From the NCBI GenBank assembly GCA_011939005.1, contig GCA_011939005.1_4858.1: DNA of 64,000 nt. One strand, written 5' to 3'. Shown here one piece after another: positions 54,881 through 64,000 of the stretch (its first letter is position 1; every line of letters begins with the position of its first letter). The translations under genes and the position numbers were made by a program. The notes under the pieces were generated by a model, which was not told where the DNA came from, made no database searches, and worked only from the letters and a program-made list of their open reading frames with translations. This stretch comes from a phage.

Positions 54881-55768
54881 TTATACCTCGCTTGGATCGT
54901 CCAGATCGTTGAACTGGAGATACAACGTTCCGACGATGGTGGTACAGGTAACAGGCAGTTTCAACGCCAGCACATACTTGTACTTCGCGTTTGTCGGCAT
55001 TGCAACAGGGTCATTCAGACCAACACTGATAACCTCCGCGCCCGCCAAACCGTAGGAAGCGGAAGTGGTCGCTACCCATGCAGTACCCGTGATATCTTTC
55101 AGCAGGTTAACCATATCCGTTAACGGCTGTCCGGACAGAATACCCGGCTTGTATGCCAGCAGAGCATCTCGGTACTTAGTGAAGTTGTACGGGTAGGAAT
55201 AAACCTCTGCAATGACCGCAGTAACATTTTCGGAACCCATCTGACCGTTCGGGTATTTCAGACCGGTCAGGACGTTAGTGGTGACTGCAGAGACTAACGA
55301 CTCATCACCTTTCACGACTTTAAATGTCGCCTGTCCAACCCAACCGATAGACTCTGGATGTGCAACAACACGCACAGTACCTTCGGTCTTATCACCGTTC
55401 CATTCGATATCTGCGTCCTGCAGGTCAGCTTCTTCCAGAACAAAACCGTAACGTTGGTTCAGTCCAGGAATGGCCGCATACAAGGTTTCGTTGGATGGGC
55501 CGATCGCCAACGTGTCACCGATCAGCACTAACAAGTCTTCGACTTTCATGCGGTTGTAGAAGACATTTTTCTTACCCGACCAGGTAGAGCCCGTTACCCC
55601 ATCTGCCGTAATTTTAATTTGCGTGTTACGGTTAGTCAGCGTTTCCTTCTCCGTACCACGGATGTCCTTTGGCGAGGACCAGATGATGTCAGTCATCTTA
55701 ACAGCAAGCGAGTTCTGTGCGTTCACTGCTGCCAACAGGACGTCTTTAGAAGGTTGATAAATAGCCAT
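54881..55768 (-). CDS. family paralog P6 (295 aa)
   Basis: ATG with AGGAAT RBS; conserved N-terminal domain, divergent C-terminus. Confidence 0.75.
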   Translation of the reverse strand: MAIYQPSKDVLLAAVNAQNSLAVKMTDIIWSSPKDIRGTEKETLTNRNTQIKITADGVTGSTWSGKKNVFYNRMKVEDLLVLIGDTLAIGPSNETLYAAIPGLNQRYGFVLEEADLQDADIEWNGDKTEGTVRVVAHPESIGWVGQATFKVVKGDESLVSAVTTNVLTGLKYPNGQMGSENVTAVIAEVYSYPYNFTKYRDALLAYKPGILSGQPLTDMVNLLKDITGTAWVATTSASYGLAGAEVISVGLNDPVAMPTNAKYKYVLALKLPVTCTTIVGTLYLQFNDLDDPSEV

Positions 55769-55778
55769 TCGCTAATTC

Positions 55779-56618
55779 CTAGTTGTTGTAGTGCAACATA
55801 CACTCGCCGATTACTTTCGGGTCGTTCTGAATGCCGGTAATCAGCAATACGTTATCGTACGCTTTATTGGCGGTCGCCAACTCACTCGTTTTGTAGCGGG
55901 TAATTGTGCAGTTCGTCGGATCAAACGACGGTACCCCACGTGCGACCAATGTGGCCATCAGATTGGACGTGTAACCCAAATCAAAGTTACTTCCTACATC
56001 CATTCGCCCGTTCTTAAACGAGGCCATAACCTGCACTTCATCGGTAAAGTCTTCCCCGTACGTCAAGAAGCCCATGTATTTCTTACCAGTGCTTGCTGCT
56101 GCAGGGTGGTTCAAAGCCAACAAGATGTCGTTTACCACGAGGTCTTCGAGGCTATTCTTACCCCGGATAGACATAAAGGTGATGCTGCCAGTGTATTGGA
56201 TACAGCTAGCGTTAATACGCATCGTGTTGTTTACGTTCAGATAAACGTATTGTTCTGGGATATCATCTGCAACCAGGTTTAATCCATAACGACCGTTCAG
56301 GTTCTGCGCAAACGCAGTACGTTTCGACTCCACGTTCAACCAACCGTAGGCATTCGGTGCAGTTACCTGAGGTGTCATGTTCTTAAATAAGTCGTTCAGC
56401 GACAAGCGCTTATAACGGAACGTCTGGGGACCGATATAGCCACGACCTTGACGACCACGAATGATAATCTCAGTATTGGCACCGCTTGCTGTCGGTGTGA
56501 TTGCTTTCGGCGTACCGATGATAGCATTGTCTAAACCCATCGGTAGCACAGCATCCGGGTTTTCGGCATTAATCGCATCGTACAGATATTGTCGCTGAGA
56601 CAGACTATATAAAGCCAT
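55779..56618 (-). CDS. family paralog P5 (279 aa)
   Basis: ATG at 56618 with perfect GAGGAGG RBS (track start 56636 is TTG). Confidence 0.75.
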   Translation of the reverse strand: MALYSLSQRQYLYDAINAENPDAVLPMGLDNAIIGTPKAITPTASGANTEIIIRGRQGRGYIGPQTFRYKRLSLNDLFKNMTPQVTAPNAYGWLNVESKRTAFAQNLNGRYGLNLVADDIPEQYVYLNVNNTMRINASCIQYTGSITFMSIRGKNSLEDLVVNDILLALNHPAAASTGKKYMGFLTYGEDFTDEVQVMASFKNGRMDVGSNFDLGYTSNLMATLVARGVPSFDPTNCTITRYKTSELATANKAYDNVLLITGIQNDPKVIGECMLHYNN

Positions 56619-56634
56619 AATAGCCTCCTCGGCC

Positions 56635-56680
56635 AAAAAAGAAAGGAGTAGCCGGGAGGAGGATTTCCTCCTCCCAGCGA
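56635..56680 (-). terminator. rho-independent terminator inside the paralog array
   Basis: Hairpin gggaggagga-tt-tcctcctccc followed by T-run on minus strand. Confidence 0.55.
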
Positions 56681-56687
56681 GGCCTAA

Positions 56688-57599
56688 TTAGGCATTAAAG
56701 TGCAGGTACATGATGCCCTGGAAGTTGGTGCACAGAGTGTCATCCAGCTGCAGCAGCAGAACCTGGTTGTAAGCAGTGTTTGCACCTTCAACCGGTTTCT
56801 TAGGTTCGTCGCCTGAAGCAGTGCCATCGTCAGTAGTAGAACCAACGTACAACACGTTAGCACCTTTCAGGTTATAATCCGCAGGCTCATCAGATGCAAC
56901 CCACAGTTCCGGCACAACTTTATTCAGCTCAACCGGGAATGCAGAGTCGCCAGCGATAACACCTTTCGCCTGTACTTTCAGGAATGGTGCGATTGCTGTG
57001 CAGTCTACACCGTAAGAGTAGATGTAACCCTGACCCTTCGCTTCGCTTGGACCATCTGGGTAAACCAGGCCGTCGAGCTTGGTTTGTGTTACCACCAGAC
57101 TCAGACGTTCACCAACCTGAGGCTTAGCACCGATTTTAACCGGGATGCTGCCCAGATAAGCGTAGCAGTCTTCTTTGAAGGTAATGACGTGGTCAACCGG
57201 TGCTGGGTCCGGATCGTTCGGGTTAGTCAGCGGCGGGTTGGTATTTTCCGGAATAGCCGCCGGAACAATATCATCTTCGGTCAGTTTCAGACCGTATTGG
57301 GTGTTCAGGGTCGTCAGCAGGTCGGTGGTGGTTTTCGGCAATTTAACGTCGAGGTATGCCGTTACATTACGGAACAGCGCACCGCCTTCCAGGCGATTAT
57401 AAGTCACGTCCTGAGTACCGATGTACCCGGAGTTCTTTTTCGCAGTCAGGGTCATGCTGGTATTGCGATCAGCACCTTCATCGCTAATAGGGGTCGGTGT
57501 GCCGAGCGTTATTTTAGAAAGTTCCAGTTCTGCGTCTGGGTTTTTCTCATTAATAAAATCCAGAACCAGCTTATCTGACGTTTTGTTTAAAGGTTTCAT
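56688..57599 (-). CDS. family paralog P4 (303 aa)
   Basis: ATG with AAGGAAG RBS. Confidence 0.75.
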   Translation of the reverse strand: MKPLNKTSDKLVLDFINEKNPDAELELSKITLGTPTPISDEGADRNTSMTLTAKKNSGYIGTQDVTYNRLEGGALFRNVTAYLDVKLPKTTTDLLTTLNTQYGLKLTEDDIVPAAIPENTNPPLTNPNDPDPAPVDHVITFKEDCYAYLGSIPVKIGAKPQVGERLSLVVTQTKLDGLVYPDGPSEAKGQGYIYSYGVDCTAIAPFLKVQAKGVIAGDSAFPVELNKVVPELWVASDEPADYNLKGANVLYVGSTTDDGTASGDEPKKPVEGANTAYNQVLLLQLDDTLCTNFQGIMYLHFNA

Positions 57600-57620
57600 T
57601 CTTACTTCCTTTACTCAGGA

Positions 57621-58466
57621 TTAATCAGGGTCGTTGTAATGCAAATACAAACGCCCGCCAAAATTCAGACAGTACAACGACAGCTCCACAATCAGCACGT
57701 TGTCGACTGCTGGGTTGGTTGGTAATTCCGCTTTGTTACGCCCGTTATAGACGACGACGGCTTCACGAAGGTTAAAGTCGATTGGGTTACGGTACGTTGT
57801 CCAGTTATCACCGGTGACCGTTTTGAGAATCTGCGCCAGACGTTCTGCGGTTATCGCAGCACCTAGTCGTTGAAATTCCTCCGCGAAATTATCAAAGCGC
57901 CAGGGATACGAATAAACTGCACCTTGACCGACCTTGATGTTAAAATACGGATACTCGTAAGGCATCACTGTTAACGGTTCGAAGTTTGCAGGAAGCAACG
58001 CATCGCCTGGTAACAGCTGTACCTGTTGTTGCCCTATCCAACCTAAAGAAGAGGGCGTGGCAATCAGATCCACACGCCATGTCTTCCTGTCGATTTCGGT
58101 ATTCACCACATCTGCAGGTTTAAGGCTGAGACCGTAATACTGGTTAATTAACCCGACCACGTCATGCATCTGGTAAACAGCATCGAGACGTGCAGGAACA
58201 CGTAAAGGTTGAATCCCGTCTGGGTCGGTAAACATGTCTGCGAAGTCAACACGATCGTAATAGACGGTAGTGGCACCGATAGCATTAGCCGTGGCCAATG
58301 CCTGAATGCGCACCATCGCGTTGTGACCGTTAGCTTTTGCCAAGTCTTCGTCAGACGTTGGAATCGCAGGGACACCAAAAACAACATCCTCGACTTTTAA
58401 ATCGAGATTGTTTTCGACGTTAACTTCCGCGATAATAATCTTTTCAGCTGTGGCTAAAAGTGGCAT
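57621..58466 (-). CDS. family paralog P3 (281 aa)
   Basis: ATG with AAGGAT RBS. Confidence 0.75.
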   Translation of the reverse strand: MPLLATAEKIIIAEVNVENNLDLKVEDVVFGVPAIPTSDEDLAKANGHNAMVRIQALATANAIGATTVYYDRVDFADMFTDPDGIQPLRVPARLDAVYQMHDVVGLINQYYGLSLKPADVVNTEIDRKTWRVDLIATPSSLGWIGQQQVQLLPGDALLPANFEPLTVMPYEYPYFNIKVGQGAVYSYPWRFDNFAEEFQRLGAAITAERLAQILKTVTGDNWTTYRNPIDFNLREAVVVYNGRNKAELPTNPAVDNVLIVELSLYCLNFGGRLYLHYNDPD

Positions 58467-58476
58467 GTCAAAATCC

Positions 58477-59319
58477 TTATATCGGGAGATAATGAAGGAT
58501 GAGATTACCGGCGTAGTTGCTGTCCGCAGCTAGCTTGATAATCGCCACACGCTGATAATCGGGGTTGTAACTATCGTTCGGTGTGACTGAAGTTATCCCC
58601 ATAAATCGTGCACCTTGGAGTGCAATTTGTTCAGGTTGCGCATTCGCCCCCGTCACATATGCAAACTTTAATGGCACCACTTCATTCAACAACTCAACAT
58701 CCGCTGCAGTGATTGCACGGTTGTAAACCCAATCGGTGGTGAACTGTTTTTGCAGTTCAGTCCAATCGTAACCATACGCCACATACTCGGCCTGTGGTTT
58801 ACTAGCAACCACGAACGGTGCGATTATTGCGCTGAGGTCAACATCCGTCACCACATCCGCCAAGTTCGGGAAGAACTTCGCAAAGCGTAAACGGAAACCA
58901 CCTTGCCAGGCCAAGCAACCGGGCTTAATAGTCACATCGATTAACCAGCTTTCTCCCAAATCTTTTACTGACTGGTCAACGATATCGTCGGCAACTAAAG
59001 ACAAGCCGTATTTCGCATTCAGAAACGGCAACAACTCAGAGAGTTTATTTACCGGGTCGGCAACGACTACCGGTATTACGTTCCTGAACAGAATTTCCAT
59101 TTCGATACGGTCGTATTCGAGCGTAACGTTGCCTTTGTAGCCCTTGCCGTTCAACCCGTATAAGAGCACACGTGTATTCCGGTCAGCGCCAGGCGTTTGG
59201 ACAGACTCAGGGAAGCCAGTTGCAACCTGCTCCCATGTGAGTGGATTGGCCGTTAATCCGTTCTGTCGGTTAATAGCATCTAACAACATCTCTTTCGAGG
59301 GCTTATCGTAAATAGACAC
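58477..59319 (-). CDS. family paralog P2 (280 aa)
   Basis: GTG start with strong AGGAGGG RBS; N-terminus MSIYDKPSKEMLLDAINRQN. Confidence 0.75.
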   Translation of the reverse strand: MSIYDKPSKEMLLDAINRQNGLTANPLTWEQVATGFPESVQTPGADRNTRVLLYGLNGKGYKGNVTLEYDRIEMEILFRNVIPVVVADPVNKLSELLPFLNAKYGLSLVADDIVDQSVKDLGESWLIDVTIKPGCLAWQGGFRLRFAKFFPNLADVVTDVDLSAIIAPFVVASKPQAEYVAYGYDWTELQKQFTTDWVYNRAITAADVELLNEVVPLKFAYVTGANAQPEQIALQGARFMGITSVTPNDSYNPDYQRVAIIKLAADSNYAGNLILHYLPI

Positions 59320-59329
59320 CTATACCCTC

Positions 59330-60127
59330 CTAGTTGTTAAAGTGTAAGTTGAGGCTGCCCTGGAAGTTCGTACATTTATCGGTCAGTTGCACTGACACGA
59401 CTTTCGCGAACGCCGTATTTGCTCCCGGTAAGTCTGCAGGTACGCCGTCGAATACGACAGTAGCACCACGCAAGTTATACGGGGATGGGGTATCTTCAGC
59501 CACCCAAATCTCAGGAACACATTTGTTGAGTTCGATTGCTAACGCCGTGTCATCTACTTCGATACCGACCGCTAAGAGGCTCAGGAAACGAGAGATGTGG
59601 CTACAATCGATGTCGCGCGAATAGATATACGCCTGACCCAACTGGATGTCCTGGTGATCCGGGTACAGAAGACCGCTCAACTCTGTATTGGTTATTACTT
59701 CTGCCAGAGGTGTAGCAGGTTTCAGCTCGATGACCGCTTGACTTCGCCACTCGTGGGAAGTTTCAACAGCAACGACTGTGTGAGTCTGTCCATCAATGGG
59801 GTTATCTTCGATATCCTCAGGTAAGATAGACAGATTAAAACGCTCGTTAATCGCCGCGAGTAAGTCGTGCGTGGTATGCACATCTTCATCGCCAAAGGCA
59901 ACATCGCCTGTAAGGTAGTCCTCTAATGGACGACGATGATAGTCCACAATCACTTGCGTACCTTCATCACCGCGCATTTTCGAGGTTAGTACCACCTCCG
60001 AATCACGACCGTCTACTGACACAACCTCCGGCAGTCCGATATCAACATCGTCAAAGGTAAGCGGTGGGCTTATCTTATTCTCTTCGTTGATGAGTTTTAG
60101 CAGATTCTGTTTTGAAGTAAAAGACAT
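59330..60127 (-). CDS. family paralog P1 (265 aa), first gene of array
   Basis: ATG start; palindrome ttaactcgagttaa lies 5 nt upstream on the mRNA. Confidence 0.7.
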   Translation of the reverse strand: MSFTSKQNLLKLINEENKISPPLTFDDVDIGLPEVVSVDGRDSEVVLTSKMRGDEGTQVIVDYHRRPLEDYLTGDVAFGDEDVHTTHDLLAAINERFNLSILPEDIEDNPIDGQTHTVVAVETSHEWRSQAVIELKPATPLAEVITNTELSGLLYPDHQDIQLGQAYIYSRDIDCSHISRFLSLLAVGIEVDDTALAIELNKCVPEIWVAEDTPSPYNLRGATVVFDGVPADLPGANTAFAKVVSVQLTDKCTNFQGSLNLHFNN

Positions 60128-60131
60128 CGCG

Positions 60132-60145
60132 TTAACTCGAGTTAA
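60132..60145 (-). promoter_or_regulatory. perfect 14-bp palindrome TTAACTCGAGTTAA just upstream of the array's first start codon
   Basis: Same half-sites (gagttaa / ttaactc) as the inverted repeat in the conserved 30-mer elements at 13023-13063 and 61067-61106. Confidence 0.35.
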
Positions 60146-60243
60146 GGGATTATTGAGGTCGTAAGATTTTTAGACCTCCTGCCAGCATATTAAAAGCGTA
60201 GAGCGTACCAGAATCCGAACAAGAGCAAACAAAAAGAAAAGGA

Positions 60244-60285
60244 AACAAAAAAAGAAGGGGAGCCGAAGCTCCCTTTTCTTCACGA
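60244..60285 (-). terminator. rho-independent terminator
   Basis: Hairpin gggagc-cgaa-gctccc flanked by A-run and T-run. Confidence 0.55.
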
Positions 60286-60304
60286 CTATATCCTCAATCG
60301 TCGA

Positions 60305-60523
60305 TTAACAGACCCACACAAGGCCGTTATTCTTTGGGCGGTCTTTAACACCATAGGTTACTTCAACATTGTCAATCGTTTTCTCGTCGTCTTTCATTGT
60401 ATTCATGAAAGCTTTGGCTTCTGCTGCAGACATTTTCAGCAGCAGGTCAATCATGTCGGGCTTACGTTTGGCTGCGGTTTCAACAACAGGTTTGATTTCA
60501 GATTTGGAGAACAGGTTGCGCAT
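60305..60523 (-). CDS. hypothetical small protein (72 aa)
   Basis: ATG with AAGGAA RBS. Confidence 0.5.
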   Translation of the reverse strand: MRNLFSKSEIKPVVETAAKRKPDMIDLLLKMSAAEAKAFMNTMKDDEKTIDNVEVTYGVKDRPKNNGLVWVC

Positions 60524-60584
60524 GGGATATTCCTTTTTTGTAGATTGCGGGTGAATTGGCGGGACTTTGCCCGCCGGGTTATTA

Positions 60585-61031
60585 TTAGTGTACTTCTTTT
60601 TCTAAACGCAGGCGATGTGTTGCTAAGGCAACCGCGCGGTTTTCGAATTCAAGACTGAATGGGCTGATTTGTGCCATGTATTTCTTTACGACATCGTCAG
60701 AGACAACTTGACGACGATAATCACGAATCATTTCAGCAAAGCTGCTAGTAGGAAGTTCGTCGTATTCGATTTCCATACCACGTCTATTGATGTAGTACGA
60801 AGCAATCATGTCGTTAAACATTACATCGCCGGCTTCACCTAGAGGGAACTCGTCACGTGTGGGTTCCGTAGTCTGGAACGTGGCTTCTTTGGCGTTGGCG
60901 ATAATCTCTTCGAAGTCCTCAGTAGTGAATTCGCTAGGGTCTTGTTTGTTGGCCGCCATCACGATTAGGAAAGAAATCATAATCGGGTTTTTGCTAGCGT
61001 ATTTAGTAAGTTCGTTATTCAGAATGTACAT
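60585..61031 (-). CDS. hypothetical protein (148 aa)
   Basis: ATG with AAGGAG RBS; conserved 30-mer element about 40 nt upstream. Confidence 0.6.
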   Translation of the reverse strand: MYILNNELTKYASKNPIMISFLIVMAANKQDPSEFTTEDFEEIIANAKEATFQTTEPTRDEFPLGEAGDVMFNDMIASYYINRRGMEIEYDELPTSSFAEMIRDYRRQVVSDDVVKKYMAQISPFSLEFENRAVALATHRLRLEKEVH

Positions 61032-61066
61032 GTTAAAACTCCTTAAGATAATGGTCGATTAGATAA

Positions 61067-61106
61067 GAGTTAATTGTTAACTCTCACCTAAGTAATATAT
61101 ATCTGA
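61067..61106 (-). promoter_or_regulatory. conserved element copy 2: palindrome gagttaa-N3-ttaactc plus shared 30-mer
   Basis: 61077-61106 is identical to 13034-13063; lies between a terminator and the RBS of gene 60585..61031. Confidence 0.4.
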
Positions 61107-61120
61107 AAATAATTGTAATC

Positions 61121-61160
61121 GGACTAGGCAAAAAAAAGAAGAAACCCTACTCCCGAAGGA
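61121..61160 (-). terminator. rho-independent terminator
   Basis: Hairpin ccctactcc-cgaa-ggagtaggg with long T-run on minus strand. Confidence 0.65.
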
Positions 61161-61203
61161 GTAGGGTACTGCTTTATTCGCTACCCTTGGGATAAGCGTC
61201 ATC

Positions 61204-61632
61204 CTAGTTGATGTGGAGTAGAGTGTCCTTCAACGCCTTCTGCTTTTCGTACGACTGACGACACAAGGAAGTCAGCGTCGAATACGCCGTGCCGGTACGC
61301 ACCGGTAATTCGCCACCCGCTTCGGTGGGTTCTGTACGAACAAAAGACCCTTCTTCAAACGGCGGCGCTGCGTGTGGGAAGTTCTTTTTCATGTATCGCT
61401 TATACCAGCCGGCCACAACACGGATAACTTTTGGCATCTGAGATCGTCGGTCACGTACTTTCTTCCCGTGCATCTGATTCATCTCGGAAGACATGCATAG
61501 CGAGGTGTACTGACTGAATCCGTCACTGACCCACTTACCGTCCTGGACCAGTAATTTCTTACCAACTGCTACAGCGATTCTCGGAGAGAAAATGACCGCA
61601 CCATCTTTACGTTTCTTAGGCTTAAGCATCAT
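61204..61632 (-). CDS. hypothetical basic protein (142 aa)
   Basis: ATG with AAGGAC RBS; N-terminus MMLKPKKRK resembles that of the upstream gene. Confidence 0.55.
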   Translation of the reverse strand: MMLKPKKRKDGAVIFSPRIAVAVGKKLLVQDGKWVSDGFSQYTSLCMSSEMNQMHGKKVRDRRSQMPKVIRVVAGWYKRYMKKNFPHAAPPFEEGSFVRTEPTEAGGELPVRTGTAYSTLTSLCRQSYEKQKALKDTLLHIN

Positions 61633-62425
61633 TATCGTCCTTGTATAGGGAGTCGTAAGGGCTGTTAGTGTTCATGTTAAATTCTTGTTCTACTTCAGGA
61701 TGTTGTGAAAGGGAATCCAGAAAGATCGGTTGATATCCACCCTCTGTACGTTTCTTTATCATTTCAAGGAACGACTTTCCATCAGGAACATCAGGTGTTG
61801 ATACTAACACCGTGTCAGAGACTGTCGGTAAACGCGCGCAGCCTTCAGTGTTCAGCTGTAGTACCGCGTCTGGTGCGATGTGTCTGATGTTAGGAAACTT
61901 CAACGCGATCTCTTCCATCTTCGCTTTCAATGCATCACCGTTTAGCAGCGGTACAGTCGGCGTCATATAAGCGAACTCAACATCTCGATCGGCCACATAA
62001 TCGCGTAAGTGTTTTCGGGCTGCTACTGTAGCAGAAACTTGCTCTTTATTAGCGTTTATGCCGATGTCATTAAAGCGTTTTAGTTTGTCTAAGAAAACGC
62101 TAATGTTTTCCTTCGGCATAGGGCGTGGGAACTTACGCAGAAAATAAAGTTGTTCGCGGCCAGGCACCCAGCTGAGTACCCAGCACGCTTTTAGTGTACG
62201 GAAGATATCACGATAGGGTTTCTTCTCTTGAAAGAAATCCCCTTTTAACTGGCAACGGTCTTCAACCATTGCCTGGAGTTGGGTGGCTACGTTGGCCATT
62301 GCCGACCAGGTGATAAGACGACTACGGTGTTTACCCACGTAGAGACGTCCACCTGTAACACGATGGGACTGTGGATGTACTATTTTGACAAACTGTAATC
62401 TTTTCTGTTTGCGTGGCTTTAACAT
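61622..62425 (-). CDS. hypothetical protein (267 aa)
   Basis: ATG at 62425 with perfect AAGGAG RBS preferred over track start 62494. Confidence 0.6.
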   Translation of the reverse strand: MLKPRKQKRLQFVKIVHPQSHRVTGGRLYVGKHRSRLITWSAMANVATQLQAMVEDRCQLKGDFFQEKKPYRDIFRTLKACWVLSWVPGREQLYFLRKFPRPMPKENISVFLDKLKRFNDIGINANKEQVSATVAARKHLRDYVADRDVEFAYMTPTVPLLNGDALKAKMEEIALKFPNIRHIAPDAVLQLNTEGCARLPTVSDTVLVSTPDVPDGKSFLEMIKKRTEGGYQPIFLDSLSQHPEVEQEFNMNTNSPYDSLYKDDNDA

Positions 62426-62502
62426 TTTAATACTCCTTATGGTCGTAACTAATTTGAAACTGTTGCTTTTAAGGATTAACGAACAGCCTGCCAACCTCTA
62501 AT

Positions 62503-62904
62503 TTACTCATCTTTTACCTCGAAACCGTGACTACGGAAATACTCGATGGCCGCAGAACGTTTACCTACACAGGAGAGTTTTTCATAGAGCAACTCAAGGA
62601 GTGTTTTTGGTTCCCAACGTTGCTCTATGAAATAGATTAGGGCACCCAGGTTCCGTCCTAACATCTTGTCACGCAGATCCGCATCTCGTCGGGCATCTCG
62701 TAGTTCGTCTTCGAGTTTTCGGTTCTTAGACTGTTCCTCAGAAAGTAATCGGGTAAGTTTGCGTTGTTCTTCGAATGCTGCTAACAGGTTCCGTTCCCAA
62801 ACTTCTTTGGACGCTTTCAACTCAATTTTTGCGATGTCGAGTTCCATTTCCAGCAACTCTACTTGCTGCCGCAATTGTCTCCTCTCCCGGAACACTCCGA
62901 ACAT
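62503..62904 (-). CDS. hypothetical coiled-coil protein (133 aa)
   Basis: ATG at 62904 with AAGGAGA RBS; charged heptad-like sequence. Confidence 0.55.
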   Translation of the reverse strand: MFGVFRERRQLRQQVELLEMELDIAKIELKASKEVWERNLLAAFEEQRKLTRLLSEEQSKNRKLEDELRDARRDADLRDKMLGRNLGALIYFIEQRWEPKTLLELLYEKLSCVGKRSAAIEYFRSHGFEVKDE

Positions 62905-62969
62905 GTTTTCTCCTTGCAATAGCCCTGTCGATTCTGTTACGAATTTCTGCTAACGTTAACGGTTCCCAC

Positions 62970-63290
62970 TTAAAATCCATTGCGACCTCCTTGTGCGATG
63001 TATAACGCACATTTCGCATTGAGTGCTTCGATATTAGCGATAAGTATCATCACCCCGCCGAGTGTTCGTGGTACGCGAACTGCTTCGTACTCGCGACTTT
63101 GTGTACGGACACAATACTCATCGCCCAGAAACGCGATTTCGTAATACTCAGCGCGTAGCGGCACAAATGACTGCAGCAACATATCTGCGGTTTGATAGTC
63201 GTCAGTCAGTTTCCCGCCCTCGAGTAAATATTTCTGAATCTCGTGAATGGTCAATCCCTGTAATGAAATAGACACCGGCTTCTCCTTCAT
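62970..63290 (-). CDS. hypothetical protein (106 aa, weak)
   Basis: ATG start without RBS; overlaps next upstream gene by 89 nt. Confidence 0.3.
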   Translation of the reverse strand: MKEKPVSISLQGLTIHEIQKYLLEGGKLTDDYQTADMLLQSFVPLRAEYYEIAFLGDEYCVRTQSREYEAVRVPRTLGGVMILIANIEALNAKCALYIAQGGRNGF

Positions 63291-63627
63291 GGTCGATTAA
63301 TAACAGTTCAGGTGGCACGTCATAGTCGATGGGTGCGGACTCCTCCATCACGCTATACAATCGCTGATAGAACCCTCTGGAGGTTTCCAGGTGCCCTCTT
63401 GACACGTGTCTGACATGCGGTGTATTAGGATGATAAAACTCGCCGTAGGTTATCGCTAACTCGACAAACCATAGACATAGTTCTCTTGGCCCGTATCGGT
63501 TATAAAACTTTATCACCCCAACATCAAACATCTTGTTGTAATGCGGTAAATCGCGATAACGAAGTTTTAGTGTACCTACACCGATGCGTTGAAGCTCGAT
63601 AGAGATAGCTACGTCTATGGTTAACAT
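63202..63627 (-). CDS. hypothetical protein (141 aa)
   Basis: ATG at 63627 with AAGGGTA RBS. Confidence 0.5.
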   Translation of the reverse strand: MLTIDVAISIELQRIGVGTLKLRYRDLPHYNKMFDVGVIKFYNRYGPRELCLWFVELAITYGEFYHPNTPHVRHVSRGHLETSRGFYQRLYSVMEESAPIDYDVPPELLLIDHEGEAGVYFITGIDHSRDSEIFTRGRETD

Positions 63628-63650
63628 TATCAATTACCCTTATCTACCGA

Positions 63651-63989
63651 TCAGTTAAATCCGGTATATTCGTTGATGCTACCGTCCTTGATATACACGC
63701 CTGGCGTCAGTGCAACTTTACGTGGATCGTTATCAGCACGCTCGCCGTTACACTGAACGTTCCACTCGTTGACTAAGCGCTCCATTTCGCGCGATGCATA
63801 TAGGCGCACGTCTGTAACCAGCTCGCTGGCCTCACCCAGATGCGTTGCGTGAAGCACGCTGTTCTCCAGGCTGTAGAGTTTAGCGAGCAGGATTTTGTTA
63901 AGTTCTAACGCTGCTTTTGCAACGAGTGCATACCCTTGACGTTGTCCGTCTGTGCTTGCATTCAGTAACGTCAGCTGATGGTTTTTCAT
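63651..63989 (-). CDS. hypothetical protein (112 aa)
   Basis: ATG start; ORF complete in window. Confidence 0.5.
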   Translation of the reverse strand: MKNHQLTLLNASTDGQRQGYALVAKAALELNKILLAKLYSLENSVLHATHLGEASELVTDVRLYASREMERLVNEWNVQCNGERADNDPRKVALTPGVYIKDGSINEYTGFN

Positions 63990-64000
63990 GTGTTCGATTG

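Noticed and set aside
1-64000. Prophage or integrative element interpretation
   Set aside because: No integrase, excisionase, transposase, att-like flanking repeats or host housekeeping genes seen; content and terminator-dense organisation fit a lytic phage genome segment.

Overview
This window reads as a 64-kb stretch of a large virulent tailed dsDNA phage genome; no integrase, tRNA, rRNA or CRISPR array was found. Genes are densely packed in long co-directional blocks separated by GC-rich hairpin plus T-run terminators. Content, in order: (1) a minus-strand block of mostly unknown early-type genes including a secreted SLT-type lytic transglycosylase, a TARG1/DarG-like macro domain protein, a string of tiny membrane proteins, an SbcC/Rad50-like ATPase and four consecutive exported small proteins; (2) a plus-strand virion block with a putative central spike, a host-like DUF1471 gene, three giant structural proteins (1237, 1376 and about 1728 aa) and a coiled-coil fibre; (3) immediately downstream, the most unusual feature: three paralogous Cys/Ser/Gly-rich small ORFs with CxxxC tetrad repeats followed by two radical SAM enzymes (one with a SPASM-type C-terminus) and three unknown genes, i.e. 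a RiPP-like peptide-modification cluster appended to the tail-fibre operon; (4) a lysis module with M15 peptidase and GH108-like muramidase; (5) a 17-kb minus-strand array of at least 12 paralogous genes sharing an N-terminal domain, including a duplicated three-gene module, a decayed paralog remnant and an in-frame 78-bp tandem duplication. All functional calls rest on motifs read by eye from the translations; no database search was run and starts were adjusted by hand to ATG/GTG codons with Shine-Dalgarno support.
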